This document shows positions 38,034 to 48,222 of a DNA stretch of 64,000 bases, one piece after another. Under the pieces are notes generated by a model, which worked only from the letters and a program-made list of their open reading frames with translations, searched no databases and was not told the origin of the DNA. A program made the position numbers and the translations under genes. How positions within the stretch are numbered: position 1 is the first letter of the stretch; each line of letters begins with the position of its first letter. The stretch spans positions 202,050-266,049 of the forward strand of contig CAYNRJ010000001.1 in the NCBI GenBank assembly GCA_964399865.1, given 5' to 3'. The DNA comes from an uncultured Candidatus Saccharibacteria bacterium (GTDB lineage Bacteria > Patescibacteriota > Minisyncoccia > Phycocordibacterales > UBA2100).

Positions 38034-38288
38034 TTAGGAAAGGTGCTTGGAGACGAGCTTCGTCATCTCAAACATGTTCACAACGTCCTTCCCTCCGAAT
38101 ACCTTCTTGAGAGCAGCATCCGCATTGATGTTGCGCTTGTTCTTAGGGTCCTGGAGGTCCTTCCCTTTGATGTACACCCAGAGCTTTTTGACGACTTCAG
38201 AGCGTGGAAGAGGGCCATTACCTACGACAGCTGCCAACTCAGGGCTGACAGTCAAAGGCTTCATAAAGGCAGATGTTGGTTTTGCCAT
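38034..38288 (-). CDS. SWIB/MDM2 domain protein
   Basis: SPELAAVVG, RSEVVKKLWVYIK and LQDPKNKR motifs. Confidence 0.92.
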   Translation of the reverse strand: MAKPTSAFMKPLTVSPELAAVVGNGPLPRSEVVKKLWVYIKGKDLQDPKNKRNINADAALKKVFGGKDVVNMFEMTKLVSKHLS

Positions 38289-38616
38289 GATCTTAATCAG
38301 TTAATTAATAGATAGGAGCATTGTACCCCCTAGGGGAAACCCCGCCATAGAGGGTGGGGACAGCGGGAGGCGCTCGTCAGCATGCCTTTAGGGAACCCGG
38401 CCGCGCCCTCCTGCGGGGCGCGACTTTATGCTTCAACGCGTCGCGGCACTCCGGGAGTGCCGTCCAAGCCGACGCGTCTCCAGAGGTTCCCAAAAGACAT
38501 ACTTCCTCGCTTGAAATATTAAGGAAATTCTCACTTCCTACCTCTCTATCTGCGAAGACCCTCAATAGGCAATACCCCTCGCTTGAAAATTTTGGGTAAA
38601 AACGCCTTTCCGCCCA

Positions 38617-39270
38617 TTAGGACGTTAGTCTGTTGATGACCGAAAATGCCTTATCCACGTCCTTATCGTGGAATAGAATGCTGAATTCCCTATTCACGGA
38701 CATTACCTCTACGAAACTTATCCTTTCCCAGGCAAGAGCCTTAAGGATTGGATGGTAGATGCCAGGAATATCGAGGGTTTCCTCTGGGAGACGGATGGTT
38801 ATAGCGGAAAGCCCGGCGATCCTACGCACCCTCTCCTTCCCTTTCAGCGCGGCAGCAACTTCTTCGTCAAACTCTTGGTTGATCACTAGTAGGGATTCGT
38901 GAAGTCCACGAGAGAAGTTAACGAACGCGCCGCTTTTGCTTTTCGTTGTATCAAAAGCGAGCGCGCCTATGTTCGATAGGTCGGGAGAATTCGGAAAAAC
39001 ATACTCTACAAGGTTCGAGCGCACTGTTATGTCGTGCATTCTCTTAAGAAAGTCAGTTGCAAAGGGTGCTCGACGGAGGGTCTTCTGGGAAAGTCTGTGG
39101 AGGGCCATGGCGATAGAAGCCTCAGATACTTCCTCTAGGAGTCTCTTCTCTATCTCCGGTCGTATCTTACGTGCAACCTCTGCACTATTCGCTATCCCCT
39201 CGGAAAGTGCCTCCGCGTAGAATGGCGAATTGCCAATCACCTCTTCGACTACCTGACTTACCGTTCTCAT
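38617..39270 (-). CDS. ACT-like domain protein with helical N-terminus, probable amino-acid-sensing regulator
   Basis: GIANSAEVARKI...SIAMALHRL and ISFVEVMS..EFSI; divergent from aspartokinase. Confidence 0.65.
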   Translation of the reverse strand: MRTVSQVVEEVIGNSPFYAEALSEGIANSAEVARKIRPEIEKRLLEEVSEASIAMALHRLSQKTLRRAPFATDFLKRMHDITVRSNLVEYVFPNSPDLSNIGALAFDTTKSKSGAFVNFSRGLHESLLVINQEFDEEVAAALKGKERVRRIAGLSAITIRLPEETLDIPGIYHPILKALAWERISFVEVMSVNREFSILFHDKDVDKAFSVINRLTS

Positions 39271-39401
39271 TGTTATATTTCTAACAAATGGTGAGAAAAT
39301 TGCAATAATACGTAATAAACTTGCCTCACCTCCTAATTTCTCATAGGTTGCCTGTAGGCAGGGAAACCTGCGAACAATACTGGCCCGCGGAGGATACTAG
39401 A

Positions 39402-40745
39402 ATGACTGACCAGAAAATCATCGTCGCGAAGTTCGGCGGAACTTCCCTTGCGGATGCCCAGCGGATCCGCCATGTCGTGAAAATCATACACGCTGACCCT
39501 GCGCGCAGATGCATCGTCGTCTCCGCACCGGGAAAGCGTTTCAAGGGCGATACGAAGGTCACCGACCTCTTGAAGCAATGGGTCGAGTGTCCCGACAAGC
39601 GAGAGCACATCTTCAGCACGATCCGCGAACGCTTCACCGAGATCGTTCGTGAGCTTGGGCTTTCCCTCGACATCAACGCGCTCTTGGGTCAGATCTTGGC
39701 CAAGGCGAAATATCGCGACCAAAAGCGCCTCCTACACTTCATGATGAGCCGAGGTGAGTGGCTGAGTGCGCAAATTGTGGCCGCGGCGTGCGATTTCGAG
39801 TTCGTGGATGCGGCAGACGTCATTCACTTCACTTCAGGACGCTTCGACATGGAGCTGACAATGAAGATGGAGGGCCTTTTCAATCGTACGGCAAGAGCTC
39901 AGCGCGGCATTGTCATTCCTGGGTTCTATGGCACTTCATACTCATCACGCCTCCGAATGACGGGCGGGAGGATCTGTACATTCAGCCGTGGAGGATCCGA
40001 CATCACGGGGTCCATCATGGCGGTCATCATCGGCGCATCAGTCTATGAGAACTGGACCGATGTCGATGGTGTTCTCTCGGCTGATCCACGGATCGTGAAG
40101 AATCCAAGGCTGATCCGCGAAATGAGCTACGTGGAATTGCGTGAACTCTCGTACAGAGGAGCGGATGTATTCCACACGGACGCTGCATGGTGGGTGTGGG
40201 ATAACAATATTCCCACCCACATCCGAAACACGGCACACCCTGAATCCGAGGGCACATGGATTCGCCCGACCTCAGGAGCTGCGGCAGGTGTGGTGACCGG
40301 GATTGCAGCGAGAAACGGCTTCACCGTTCTCACAATCCGAAAGTACGACATGCAATTCGGCTACCTTCACAAGCTGACGGGCGTGTTCTATCGCCTGCGG
40401 ATCGACATCGCGCACGTGTTGGACAGCGTCGACACCGTGAGCTTCGTCATCTCTTCGGAGGACTTCCGAGCAAAACGCGAACGCATCGAGCAAGAGCTCG
40501 AGCGTTCGTGCGAGCCGGACCGGATTGACGTCGAGGAAGACGTCATGATCGTGTGCACCGTGGGACTCCGCATGAAGCACGCGCACGGTGTGGCGGGTCG
40601 GCTCACCACCGCCGTAGGTAAAGTCGGAGCCAGCATGTCCATCATCGATCAGAGCGCCGCCGAAAATAACATCACCATCGGTGTTAAGGAGGTGGATGGT
40701 GTGCGAGTGATCAATGCCATCCACGATGAGTTCGTTCCACAGTAG
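39402..40745 (+). CDS. lysC: Aspartate kinase
   Basis: KFGGTS, VVSAPGK, RGGSDITG and WTDVDG motifs plus ACT domains. Confidence 0.93.
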   Translation: MTDQKIIVAKFGGTSLADAQRIRHVVKIIHADPARRCIVVSAPGKRFKGDTKVTDLLKQWVECPDKREHIFSTIRERFTEIVRELGLSLDINALLGQILAKAKYRDQKRLLHFMMSRGEWLSAQIVAAACDFEFVDAADVIHFTSGRFDMELTMKMEGLFNRTARAQRGIVIPGFYGTSYSSRLRMTGGRICTFSRGGSDITGSIMAVIIGASVYENWTDVDGVLSADPRIVKNPRLIREMSYVELRELSYRGADVFHTDAAWWVWDNNIPTHIRNTAHPESEGTWIRPTSGAAAGVVTGIAARNGFTVLTIRKYDMQFGYLHKLTGVFYRLRIDIAHVLDSVDTVSFVISSEDFRAKRERIEQELERSCEPDRIDVEEDVMIVCTVGLRMKHAHGVAGRLTTAVGKVGASMSIIDQSAAENNITIGVKEVDGVRVINAIHDEFVPQ

Positions 40746-40822
40746 GTACGGATGCGATGTATCCTACTCACCCGAATCGCCGCCCCCGGGTAAAGGGGCG
40801 GCACTTTTCATATCTCACTTAA

Positions 40823-41188
40823 TTACTCCACCACCACGGACGTACTGCACGAAGATGCCGCGCCTGATTCAGAGCCGACGGTTAGAGTATAGGTCGTTGA
40901 TTCCTCGGGCGTGACGAACATGCCCGCTGCTATAGAAACTTCCCCGACGTCGGAGAGCCACGCAACCGAGGCATTTTCTGACGTCCACGCAATACTTATC
41001 TCTTCGCCAATCTCAATAACGTCTTTACTTGGCGCAATGGTGCAAGTAGGAAGAGCTCGAGGTGTCGCTGCAACAGCTGCGACCTGCTGGAAAGTAGACG
41101 GGGCCTCGAGGATCGGAATAAAAGTAGCAATGCCGGTAAATACGACAAGAACCGCTAGCCCAAAGATGGCCGCTCTAAGCATTCCCAC
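40823..41188 (-). CDS. Secreted Ig/PKD-like protein
   Basis: Signal/TM; WTSENAS and STTYTLTV motifs. Confidence 0.7.
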   Translation of the reverse strand: MGMLRAAIFGLAVLVVFTGIATFIPILEAPSTFQQVAAVAATPRALPTCTIAPSKDVIEIGEEISIAWTSENASVAWLSDVGEVSIAAGMFVTPEESTTYTLTVGSESGAASSCSTSVVVE

Positions 41189-41257
41189 AATGGTACCTTA
41201 CGTTATGCATTCGCCTCGCATATAGGGTGTGGATTCGTAAGGTATACTTACATACTA

Positions 41258-42031
41258 ATGAGGCAGGTGAAGATAGTGTCACTCAATATTCAGCACGGAT
41301 GGAATTCAGATGGCGCTATGCCAGTCATATTCCGCAAAGCTGACCTACTAACGAATCTCAATAAGATTTCTGACCTTTTAAAGGAGCATCAACCTGACGT
41401 TGTCCTTCTTCAAGAAGTTGATCGCATCTCTCCCTTAACTCGAAAGATCGATCAATTACAGTACATCGCCGAGCGCGTTGGCTATCTGCATCATGCACAT
41501 GGTGTATCGAGTGAAATGAGAGTGGGAAATCGCATTGTGTACGCAGCGGGTTGTGGAATCATGTCCCGCTTCCCTATCACTTCGAGCGAGAATATTAAAT
41601 TTGATCTAACATTCCCATCTCCTAGAAAAGGATTCCTCGTCGCGACGCTTCAAGTCGAAGAATCCAAGAAATTGACCGTCGTGTCCGCGCATCTTCCTGT
41701 ACTTGATGTTCTCAGGGTTGGCTCAAGACGAGGTCAAATACAGCGAATGATAGAGACGCTTAGAAATCGAGGGCCTGTGGTCATAGGAGGAGATCTCAAT
41801 ATGAGTCTATCCCTTATCAACCGCGAAAATATACGGATTCTTGCTACAGGACTCAATATGGAGACCCACTCCTCTAGTATCATCTCCGATTCAGCTACCT
41901 ATCCGGCATGGGATCCGAGAAGAAATATAGATTGGATCTTTGCTTCCCGTGAACTTACCATCTCTGACTACAAAGTCCTTAGGGAGCGCGTATCGGACCA
42001 TCTTGCAGTTCGAACAACAGTTACGATGTAG
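41258..42031 (+). CDS. Endonuclease/exonuclease/phosphatase family protein
   Basis: SLNI, LLQEVD, GGDLN, IDWIF and SDH motifs. Confidence 0.92.
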   Translation: MRQVKIVSLNIQHGWNSDGAMPVIFRKADLLTNLNKISDLLKEHQPDVVLLQEVDRISPLTRKIDQLQYIAERVGYLHHAHGVSSEMRVGNRIVYAAGCGIMSRFPITSSENIKFDLTFPSPRKGFLVATLQVEESKKLTVVSAHLPVLDVLRVGSRRGQIQRMIETLRNRGPVVIGGDLNMSLSLINRENIRILATGLNMETHSSSIISDSATYPAWDPRRNIDWIFASRELTISDYKVLRERVSDHLAVRTTVTM

Positions 42032-42098
42032 TCGCCGCCTTCTAAAACACAAAACCGCCCCATCCTGCAGAGGGCGGTTTTGCCTAAGACGACTCAAC

Positions 42099-42326
42099 TT
42101 ACATCATCGAGCCACCCATAGGTGAGCTCTTCTTTTTTGCGACAACTTGGTATACAGCCGAGAGACCGACCAATACGTATACTATGTTCTCAAGCATAGA
42201 CCATGAACCAAGGAGCATATGGACAACATTCAAGTCGGTTCCGAGGAAGTTCCCTAGTCCTACAAGACCCCAGTTGATAGCTCCTACGAGCACCAAGATC
42301 CACGTGATCAATTGCAAATTCTTCAT
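42099..42326 (-). CDS. DUF378 membrane protein
   Basis: LVLVGAINWGLVG and VYVLVGLSA motifs. Confidence 0.9.
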   Translation of the reverse strand: MKNLQLITWILVLVGAINWGLVGLGNFLGTDLNVVHMLLGSWSMLENIVYVLVGLSAVYQVVAKKKSSPMGGSMM

Positions 42327-42526
42327 GAGAAAAAGGCTTTATTGGTTACTAATTCGACCCCGTAAAGTCATTACATGAAGTATGAACTTCTCATGAAAAT
42401 GCGCTAATTAGTTATCCACTGTGGGAAAAATCCTTAGAAAGCTCACTGTGTGAAGAACTTCAGGTAATCTTCAGCTAATCCGTGGCAGAATGCCTATGTA
42501 ATCTGCCATTGTGAAGCACTATTTAT

Positions 42527-44581
42527 ATGAATGATCGCGTCCCGATGATACTCACAGCCCTGGTAGTTGGCGCGAGCATTCTTCTTACTGGCAAACTCGG
42601 TCACTACATATATTTCACTCTGGACACGAGTCCCGCACTGCTTTGGCCCCCTGTCGGCATCGCGCTCGCTGCCGTAGTACTTGGCGGATATCGCATGTGG
42701 CTACCCATCGCGATAGCAAATTACCTTTTGATCCTGACGAGTCCCTCTAACCCATCCCTTATAACAATCGCTGTATTTACAGTCGCTTATACTCTGCAGC
42801 CCCTCATAGGGGGATACCTTTTCCGCCGCCTTAATTTCACCGGGAAAATGGACAGGGTGCGTGAAGCGGTGTCGCTTATTACAATCGGCGCACTTGTTAC
42901 CGCCGTGGCTCCCGCTGCAATTACCGCAACGCATTATTTGATGGACACATTAACACTTACCCCCTTTAATACTTGGAGCAGAATATGGGCTGGCGGATTC
43001 TTCAGTATTCTCGTCCTTACGCCTCTTCTTACCGCGTGGGTATCTCAGCGAAGCGAACGATTCAATCGGAATGACATTCTTCAAATTATCGTTGCGTTCT
43101 TCTTTCTGATCGTTGCGATATATCTCACGTTCTGGACTTCGTTTCCAAGCGTGAATGTCTTTATTACCTTGTACTTACTTTTTGCTCCGCTTCTATGGAT
43201 TGGCCTCCGATTTGGAGGACGTCTCATGTCTGTTGGGATATTTCTTCTGGCATCGCTCGGTATGGCGGGATCCATCATCGCGATGCCAAGTACTGTACCG
43301 CTTCCACAGCAACTTTTTGCAAACGAGCTTTTCGTAATATTAATCGCCCCTATTTTTCTCATTGTCGCCACTCTTGTCGAAGAGCGGCGTACTGCCCACC
43401 TCCTCATGGCGGCTCGCGCAAAGGAACTAGAAGATGCCTTGAGCAAAGTTCGAGAAGAGGAACAAGCAAAGAACGAATTTCTTGCGATTCTCGCTCATGA
43501 ACTTCGAAATCCCCTTGCTCCTCTTCTTAGCTCGCTCGAACTATTCCGACTTGCTGGCTTTTCGTCGCCGGAAAAAAAACGTCTTGCAGATCGAATGGAC
43601 ACAAGTATTCACACCATCTCTCGCCTCCTTGATGACCTTCTGGATATTTCAAGACTTTCCCGCAAAGGCTACAAACTGAAGAAAGACGCACAGGATCTCT
43701 TGGCTATTTTAAAAGACTCCGTCGAAAGCGTTACTACATTTATCCAGGCTCGCGGCATAACGCTCACCTTATCTCTCCCCCATGAACCAGTATGGGTAGA
43801 AGCTGACAGATTGAGAATCGAACAAGTTTTCATCAACATATTGAACAATGCTGCTAAATACAGCGTCTCTGGCGGAAACATCCACGTGCGATGTTCTGTC
43901 GAAGGTACGAGCGTGTTCGTTCGTGTCCAAGATAGCGGTATAGGCATCGCAAGTGAGAGGATGCAGACGATATTCGAACCATTCCAGCATGATGGTCGCG
44001 CAGAATCAAAAAAAGGCGGTGGAATAGGAATAGGACTTTCAATCGCAAAGAAACTAGTGCTTCTGCATGACGGAGAGATTACCGCCGAGAGTGAGGGATT
44101 GGGACGCGGATCGACATTCACTGTCCGACTTCCTCTCGCTAACAATCCACCAGCTTCCCCCACCCAAGAGCACATATCTCTGCATGAGGTAACTCCTTCT
44201 GAAGCCGAAAAAAAGATACTCGTGGTGGATGATAACATCGCAGCGATCGAGAGCATGAGCAAGCTATTGAAGAGTAAAGGATATGTCGTACATATGGCAT
44301 ATAACGGAAAGGATGCCGAAACTTCTGTGACTTCACTGAAACCAGATGGGGTCGTACTCGATATCGGACTTCCCGACATTAGTGGGTACGAAATCGCTAC
44401 CCACCTTCGATCGAATGGCTACAAGGGAGTGCTTATAGCCCTCACCGGATACGGGCAGGATGATGACAAGGTGCGAGCGAAAAACGCCGGCTTCGATGCT
44501 CACCTCACCAAACCTGTTTCCATCTCCGAATTGAACGATACACTTGTGCGTCTATTTAAAATCTCCGACGATCTCATCTAA
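42527..44581 (+). CDS. MASE1-domain hybrid sensor histidine kinase
   Basis: WPPVG MASE1 motif, AHELRNPL H-box, NAAKY, GIGIGL, C-terminal receiver. Confidence 0.93.
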   Translation: MNDRVPMILTALVVGASILLTGKLGHYIYFTLDTSPALLWPPVGIALAAVVLGGYRMWLPIAIANYLLILTSPSNPSLITIAVFTVAYTLQPLIGGYLFRRLNFTGKMDRVREAVSLITIGALVTAVAPAAITATHYLMDTLTLTPFNTWSRIWAGGFFSILVLTPLLTAWVSQRSERFNRNDILQIIVAFFFLIVAIYLTFWTSFPSVNVFITLYLLFAPLLWIGLRFGGRLMSVGIFLLASLGMAGSIIAMPSTVPLPQQLFANELFVILIAPIFLIVATLVEERRTAHLLMAARAKELEDALSKVREEEQAKNEFLAILAHELRNPLAPLLSSLELFRLAGFSSPEKKRLADRMDTSIHTISRLLDDLLDISRLSRKGYKLKKDAQDLLAILKDSVESVTTFIQARGITLTLSLPHEPVWVEADRLRIEQVFINILNNAAKYSVSGGNIHVRCSVEGTSVFVRVQDSGIGIASERMQTIFEPFQHDGRAESKKGGGIGIGLSIAKKLVLLHDGEITAESEGLGRGSTFTVRLPLANNPPASPTQEHISLHEVTPSEAEKKILVVDDNIAAIESMSKLLKSKGYVVHMAYNGKDAETSVTSLKPDGVVLDIGLPDISGYEIATHLRSNGYKGVLIALTGYGQDDDKVRAKNAGFDAHLTKPVSISELNDTLVRLFKISDDLI

Positions 44582-44714
44582 CATTTTTGTACGTTCTCTT
44601 CCCATCACAAGGATGCGAAGAATGTACGCGCCATCTTCATGAATTCCACAGGAACTATATGCCTTAATGAAGGATGAGGTTTTGCTTTTGCTTAGAAGCT
44701 AATTCACAACAACT

Positions 44715-45389
44715 ATGAAAATTCTTATCGTAGAGGACGAAGAGAAACTCGCGTCCGCCCTAGTGCGTGGACTCACTGCCGCAGGATACTCGGTGGATAC
44801 TATTGCGGACGGCAAGAAAGCGCTGATGCGCATCTCCCTTCATCGTACTGATTACGATCTAATGATATTGGACCTTATGCTCCCGACGATGGACGGACTC
44901 GAGATCTGTCGTTCGGCTCGAGAAAAGGGAGTCACGATTCCAATACTCATTCTTACTGCCCGAAATGAGACAGAGAAAAAAGTGAATCTCCTCCTCTCGG
45001 GCGCCGACGATTACCTGGTAAAACCCTTCTCTTTCGCGGAATTACAGGCACGTATCCAGGCACTCCTGCGACGACCATCAGAAAGCCTTCCAGAGGTCCT
45101 GAAAGTAGCTGACATAGAGCTAAATGTTGTCGAAAGAAGAGTCACCAAGGCTGGAAAAGAAATTTCGCTGACACTTAAAGAATTCGGCATCTTGGAATAC
45201 TTCATGCGCCATAAAGACCAGGTTGTTAACCGAGAAGACCTGCTCGCACATTTGTGGGACTTCAATTACTCCTCGTTTAGTAATGTCGTCGATGTCCACG
45301 TCAAAAATCTCAGAAAAAAATTGAGCGAGGCGGGAGGCGAGGATGTTGTGGAAACAATTCGTGGTATTGGCTATCGCCTTCGCGCCTAA
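44715..45389 (+). CDS. OmpR/PhoB family response regulator
   Basis: IVEDE, LDLMLP, GADDYLVKPF and TIRGIGY motifs. Confidence 0.95.
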   Translation: MKILIVEDEEKLASALVRGLTAAGYSVDTIADGKKALMRISLHRTDYDLMILDLMLPTMDGLEICRSAREKGVTIPILILTARNETEKKVNLLLSGADDYLVKPFSFAELQARIQALLRRPSESLPEVLKVADIELNVVERRVTKAGKEISLTLKEFGILEYFMRHKDQVVNREDLLAHLWDFNYSSFSNVVDVHVKNLRKKLSEAGGEDVVETIRGIGYRLRA

Positions 45390-45500
45390 CTACAGCACGT
45401 TAGAAGATTTCACGCAGGATTCATATCCTCTCCCTTAAAATAGTCAGGGGAAATGATCTTTATGGGTTTATAAATAGATTTATCCCTAACGGAGTGCGCT

Positions 45501-45569
45501 ATGCTCTACAGAGTCTTGCTAGATTTGGAGGGTGGTGAGTTGCTAGTGGAGGGCCAGGAAATCATGTAG
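45501..45569 (+). CDS. Candidate 22 aa peptide (not in ORF track)
   Basis: GGAG RBS, MLYRVLLDLEGGELLVEGQEIM*, upstream box and TAAAAT, downstream GCCGGGGAGGC hairpin. Confidence 0.35.
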   Translation: MLYRVLLDLEGGELLVEGQEIM

Positions 45570-45810
45570 GCCGGGGAGGCTGCAGTCTTTATAGGCGCGG
45601 CCTCCCCGGCATATATGGATATCTTCATGATTTCTTCATTCATCTAGAGGTAGTGTACCGCAATCGGTGTTGACACCTCGCTATGTGCATCGCACTGTAA
45701 GCGTAAGGTATACGGGGTAAGAATGAAGAAATTCATACGTCTTCATATGTGGCCCCTCAAAACACCGTGCGGGCTCCGACTTTATAAGTAACCCTAGTTT
45801 CTTAACGAAC

Positions 45811-46551
45811 ATGAAAAAATTAACTGCGATTGGTCTAACGCTAGGCTTTATTGTTAGTTTCGCTCCGACTGCCTTCGCTCAAGGAGTGAATGTGGGAGTG
45901 GATGCCGACGTCTCGGTACAGGTGGGTGGTGGTACAAATGGCACCGCGTCCTCATCTTCTTCAGGCAGTGTGTCCGGCTCCGGTCAAACGAATACCGGTG
46001 CAAACACAACTACAAATACTAGCGGAAGTGATGATACGGAAACAAGCGGAAGCGTCGAGGGATCAGGTATAACGATCACCCGTGCAACAGCTTCAGATAA
46101 CAGCGGCGTTTCCATCTCCGTACCAACGATGGTAGAGACAAGTTCAGATCTTTCTGCGTACGCTTCGACAGTAGTAAATACAGATGCGAACGTTGAGAGT
46201 GCCGAATTGTCAGAGGAGGAGGTCTCAGTGCTCTACAAGCAGCGTGCGAGACTCTTCGGTTTCATCCCCGTCTTCGTTCCAGTTAAGGCAACGGTTGAGA
46301 GTAACGGCGATGTATCGGTGAAATATCCATGGTACGGCTTCCTCGTCTCTAAAAAGGAACGCGCAACCCTCGAATCACAATTGAGCACCGCGGTTACTGC
46401 GAATGCCAACGCCTCTCTCGAATCAGGTGCTGAGTTATCTTCTAAGACCCAGGCTTGGATACTCGACAGAATACACGCAACCTTAAAGCAAAATCTCGAC
46501 GCAAGTCTTCAAGCTGAAGCAAACGCGGAAGGTTCTGCAAACGTGAACTAG
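45811..46551 (+). CDS. Secreted Ser/Thr-rich protein
   Basis: Signal peptide; ARLFGFIPV and VKYPWY motifs. Confidence 0.8.
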   Translation: MKKLTAIGLTLGFIVSFAPTAFAQGVNVGVDADVSVQVGGGTNGTASSSSSGSVSGSGQTNTGANTTTNTSGSDDTETSGSVEGSGITITRATASDNSGVSISVPTMVETSSDLSAYASTVVNTDANVESAELSEEEVSVLYKQRARLFGFIPVFVPVKATVESNGDVSVKYPWYGFLVSKKERATLESQLSTAVTANANASLESGAELSSKTQAWILDRIHATLKQNLDASLQAEANAEGSANVN

Positions 46552-46615
46552 CTAGAGAATTGAACTTGTGCTGAAAACACGACGCCTTACAGGGTCGTGT
46601 TTTCAATTATCGACC

Positions 46616-47059
46616 TTATTGCTTTGCCTTTTCGGCTTTTGCTTTCTCAGCTTCGTAGATCCGACGTCTTAATGCAGTAGTCGAGAAACCATGATCTCTG
46701 GTATTGAAATACATTTCGATTGGAAGATCATGCCCAGTGTATTCTTTCCCCTTCCAATCAGCGCCGATGATGCGGAGATCGATCCCAAACTCATTCTTCT
46801 TGAGAATGTCGTACAGCTGCTCTTCCGTATCGTACACAAATATCTCGTCGATGTATTTAATACTCTCCAAGATGATTTTTCTCTCTTCGAGAGACATCAC
46901 GGGTGTATTCTTTTCCGGTCTATCAATAGAGGGATCAGACTGCAGTCCAACAACGAGATAATCGCAGACAGTTTTCGCCTCCTTAAAGACGAGCATGTGC
47001 CCTGCATGACAGAGGTCAAATGCTCCAACGGTCACCCCCACCTTCTTGCCGTTTTTCAT
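46616..47059 (-). CDS. Cytidylyltransferase (TagD-like)
   Basis: GAFDLCHAGH and STTALR motifs. Confidence 0.88.
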   Translation of the reverse strand: MKNGKKVGVTVGAFDLCHAGHMLVFKEAKTVCDYLVVGLQSDPSIDRPEKNTPVMSLEERKIILESIKYIDEIFVYDTEEQLYDILKKNEFGIDLRIIGADWKGKEYTGHDLPIEMYFNTRDHGFSTTALRRRIYEAEKAKAEKAKQ

Positions 47060-47144
47060 TGAAAAACAGTATACCCGTTTCCTACAATTTGGTATAGGTA
47101 CGCCTGACGCTTCCTTTCACCACACTAGAAGCTATACTGTACCA

Positions 47145-47606
47145 ATGAATATCGAGATCTTTGAACTTCTGAGTTACGTCGTCACGATAATCGGTTTTCC
47201 AGCAGCGATCGGAGTTTTTCTCTATGAGCAACACAAGGAGCGGAATAACGAGGAAGAAGAGGTGTACCAATTACTTTCAGACAACTATCAAGATTTCTTG
47301 AAGATTGCGCTAGATAACACAGATCTTCGACTTTTCTCTGCAGAAGAACACACCGCGAGAAGCGAGGTTGACCGCGAACGAATGCTGATCGTATTTAGTA
47401 TGCTCATTTCCCTTTTTGAACGAGCATATCTCCTCCTCTACGAAGAAGACATGTCGAAGGTGCAAGCAAGGCGTTGGGCTTCCTGGGAAGACTACATGCG
47501 CGAGTGGTGTCACCGAAGCGATTTCCGACACGAACTCCCCCGACTCCTGGATGGAGAAGACGAGGATTTCAAAAAGTATATTCAAAAGCTTGCCGCCGCC
47601 CTTTAG
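47145..47606 (+). CDS. Single-TM hypothetical protein
   Basis: TM followed by a helical domain (LISLFERAY, WEDYMREW). Confidence 0.7.
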   Translation: MNIEIFELLSYVVTIIGFPAAIGVFLYEQHKERNNEEEEVYQLLSDNYQDFLKIALDNTDLRLFSAEEHTARSEVDRERMLIVFSMLISLFERAYLLLYEEDMSKVQARRWASWEDYMREWCHRSDFRHELPRLLDGEDEDFKKYIQKLAAAL

Positions 47607-47650
47607 CCCCGCGAGATGAGTGGAAAAGCTCTCTGTGTTAGAATGCGGCC

Positions 47651-48220
47651 ATGCAAGCACTTCTCGCATCGTACGAAAAGGACGCGGATCTTCTTCGCCT
47701 CGGCAAACTGCTGCAGGCAAACGGCTGGAAATTAATAGGCTCCGCTGGAACAGCAAAATACTTGAGTGAGAACAGTATCCCTTGCCGCGACGTCGCAGAG
47801 ATGGTCGGAAAACCGATCCTCGGCCACAGAGTTGTAACCTTGTCTCGCGAGATATACGCGGCCCTTCTCTCTACGCCCAAAGATGGGAAGGAGATGGCGG
47901 AATTAGGAATAGAATCAATAGATCTCGTCTACGTCACTTTATACCCCCTCGAAAAAACAATTGCCGATGCTGCTGCAACACCAGCCGATGTTATAGAAAA
48001 GACTGACATTGGTGGGCCGACACTTCTGCGGGCTGCCGCTAAAGGGCGCCGTCTCGCACTCTCAAATCCGTCCCAAATCACTGATCTCGAAACATGGATT
48101 GCGAACGGAGCGAAAGAAGACGAACGCGAAAAGCTCGCACTTCGCTTTGCGGGAGCTGCTGAGAGCCGTGTAGCTGAATACGTTAAAGCGTCCGCTGATT
48201 ATTGGAACAAACGATCCTAA
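47651..48220 (+). CDS. purH: Stand-alone IMP cyclohydrolase (PurH N-terminal MGS-like domain)
   Basis: GTAKYL, ILGHRVVTL, YPLE and DIGGPTLLRAAAK motifs; no transformylase domain. Confidence 0.8.
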   Translation: MQALLASYEKDADLLRLGKLLQANGWKLIGSAGTAKYLSENSIPCRDVAEMVGKPILGHRVVTLSREIYAALLSTPKDGKEMAELGIESIDLVYVTLYPLEKTIADAAATPADVIEKTDIGGPTLLRAAAKGRRLALSNPSQITDLETWIANGAKEDEREKLALRFAGAAESRVAEYVKASADYWNKRS

Positions 48221-48222
48221 AT

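Noticed and set aside
39290-39401. Lysine riboswitch upstream of lysC
   Set aside because: The leader is about 100 nt, too short, with only one small GAAA hairpin.
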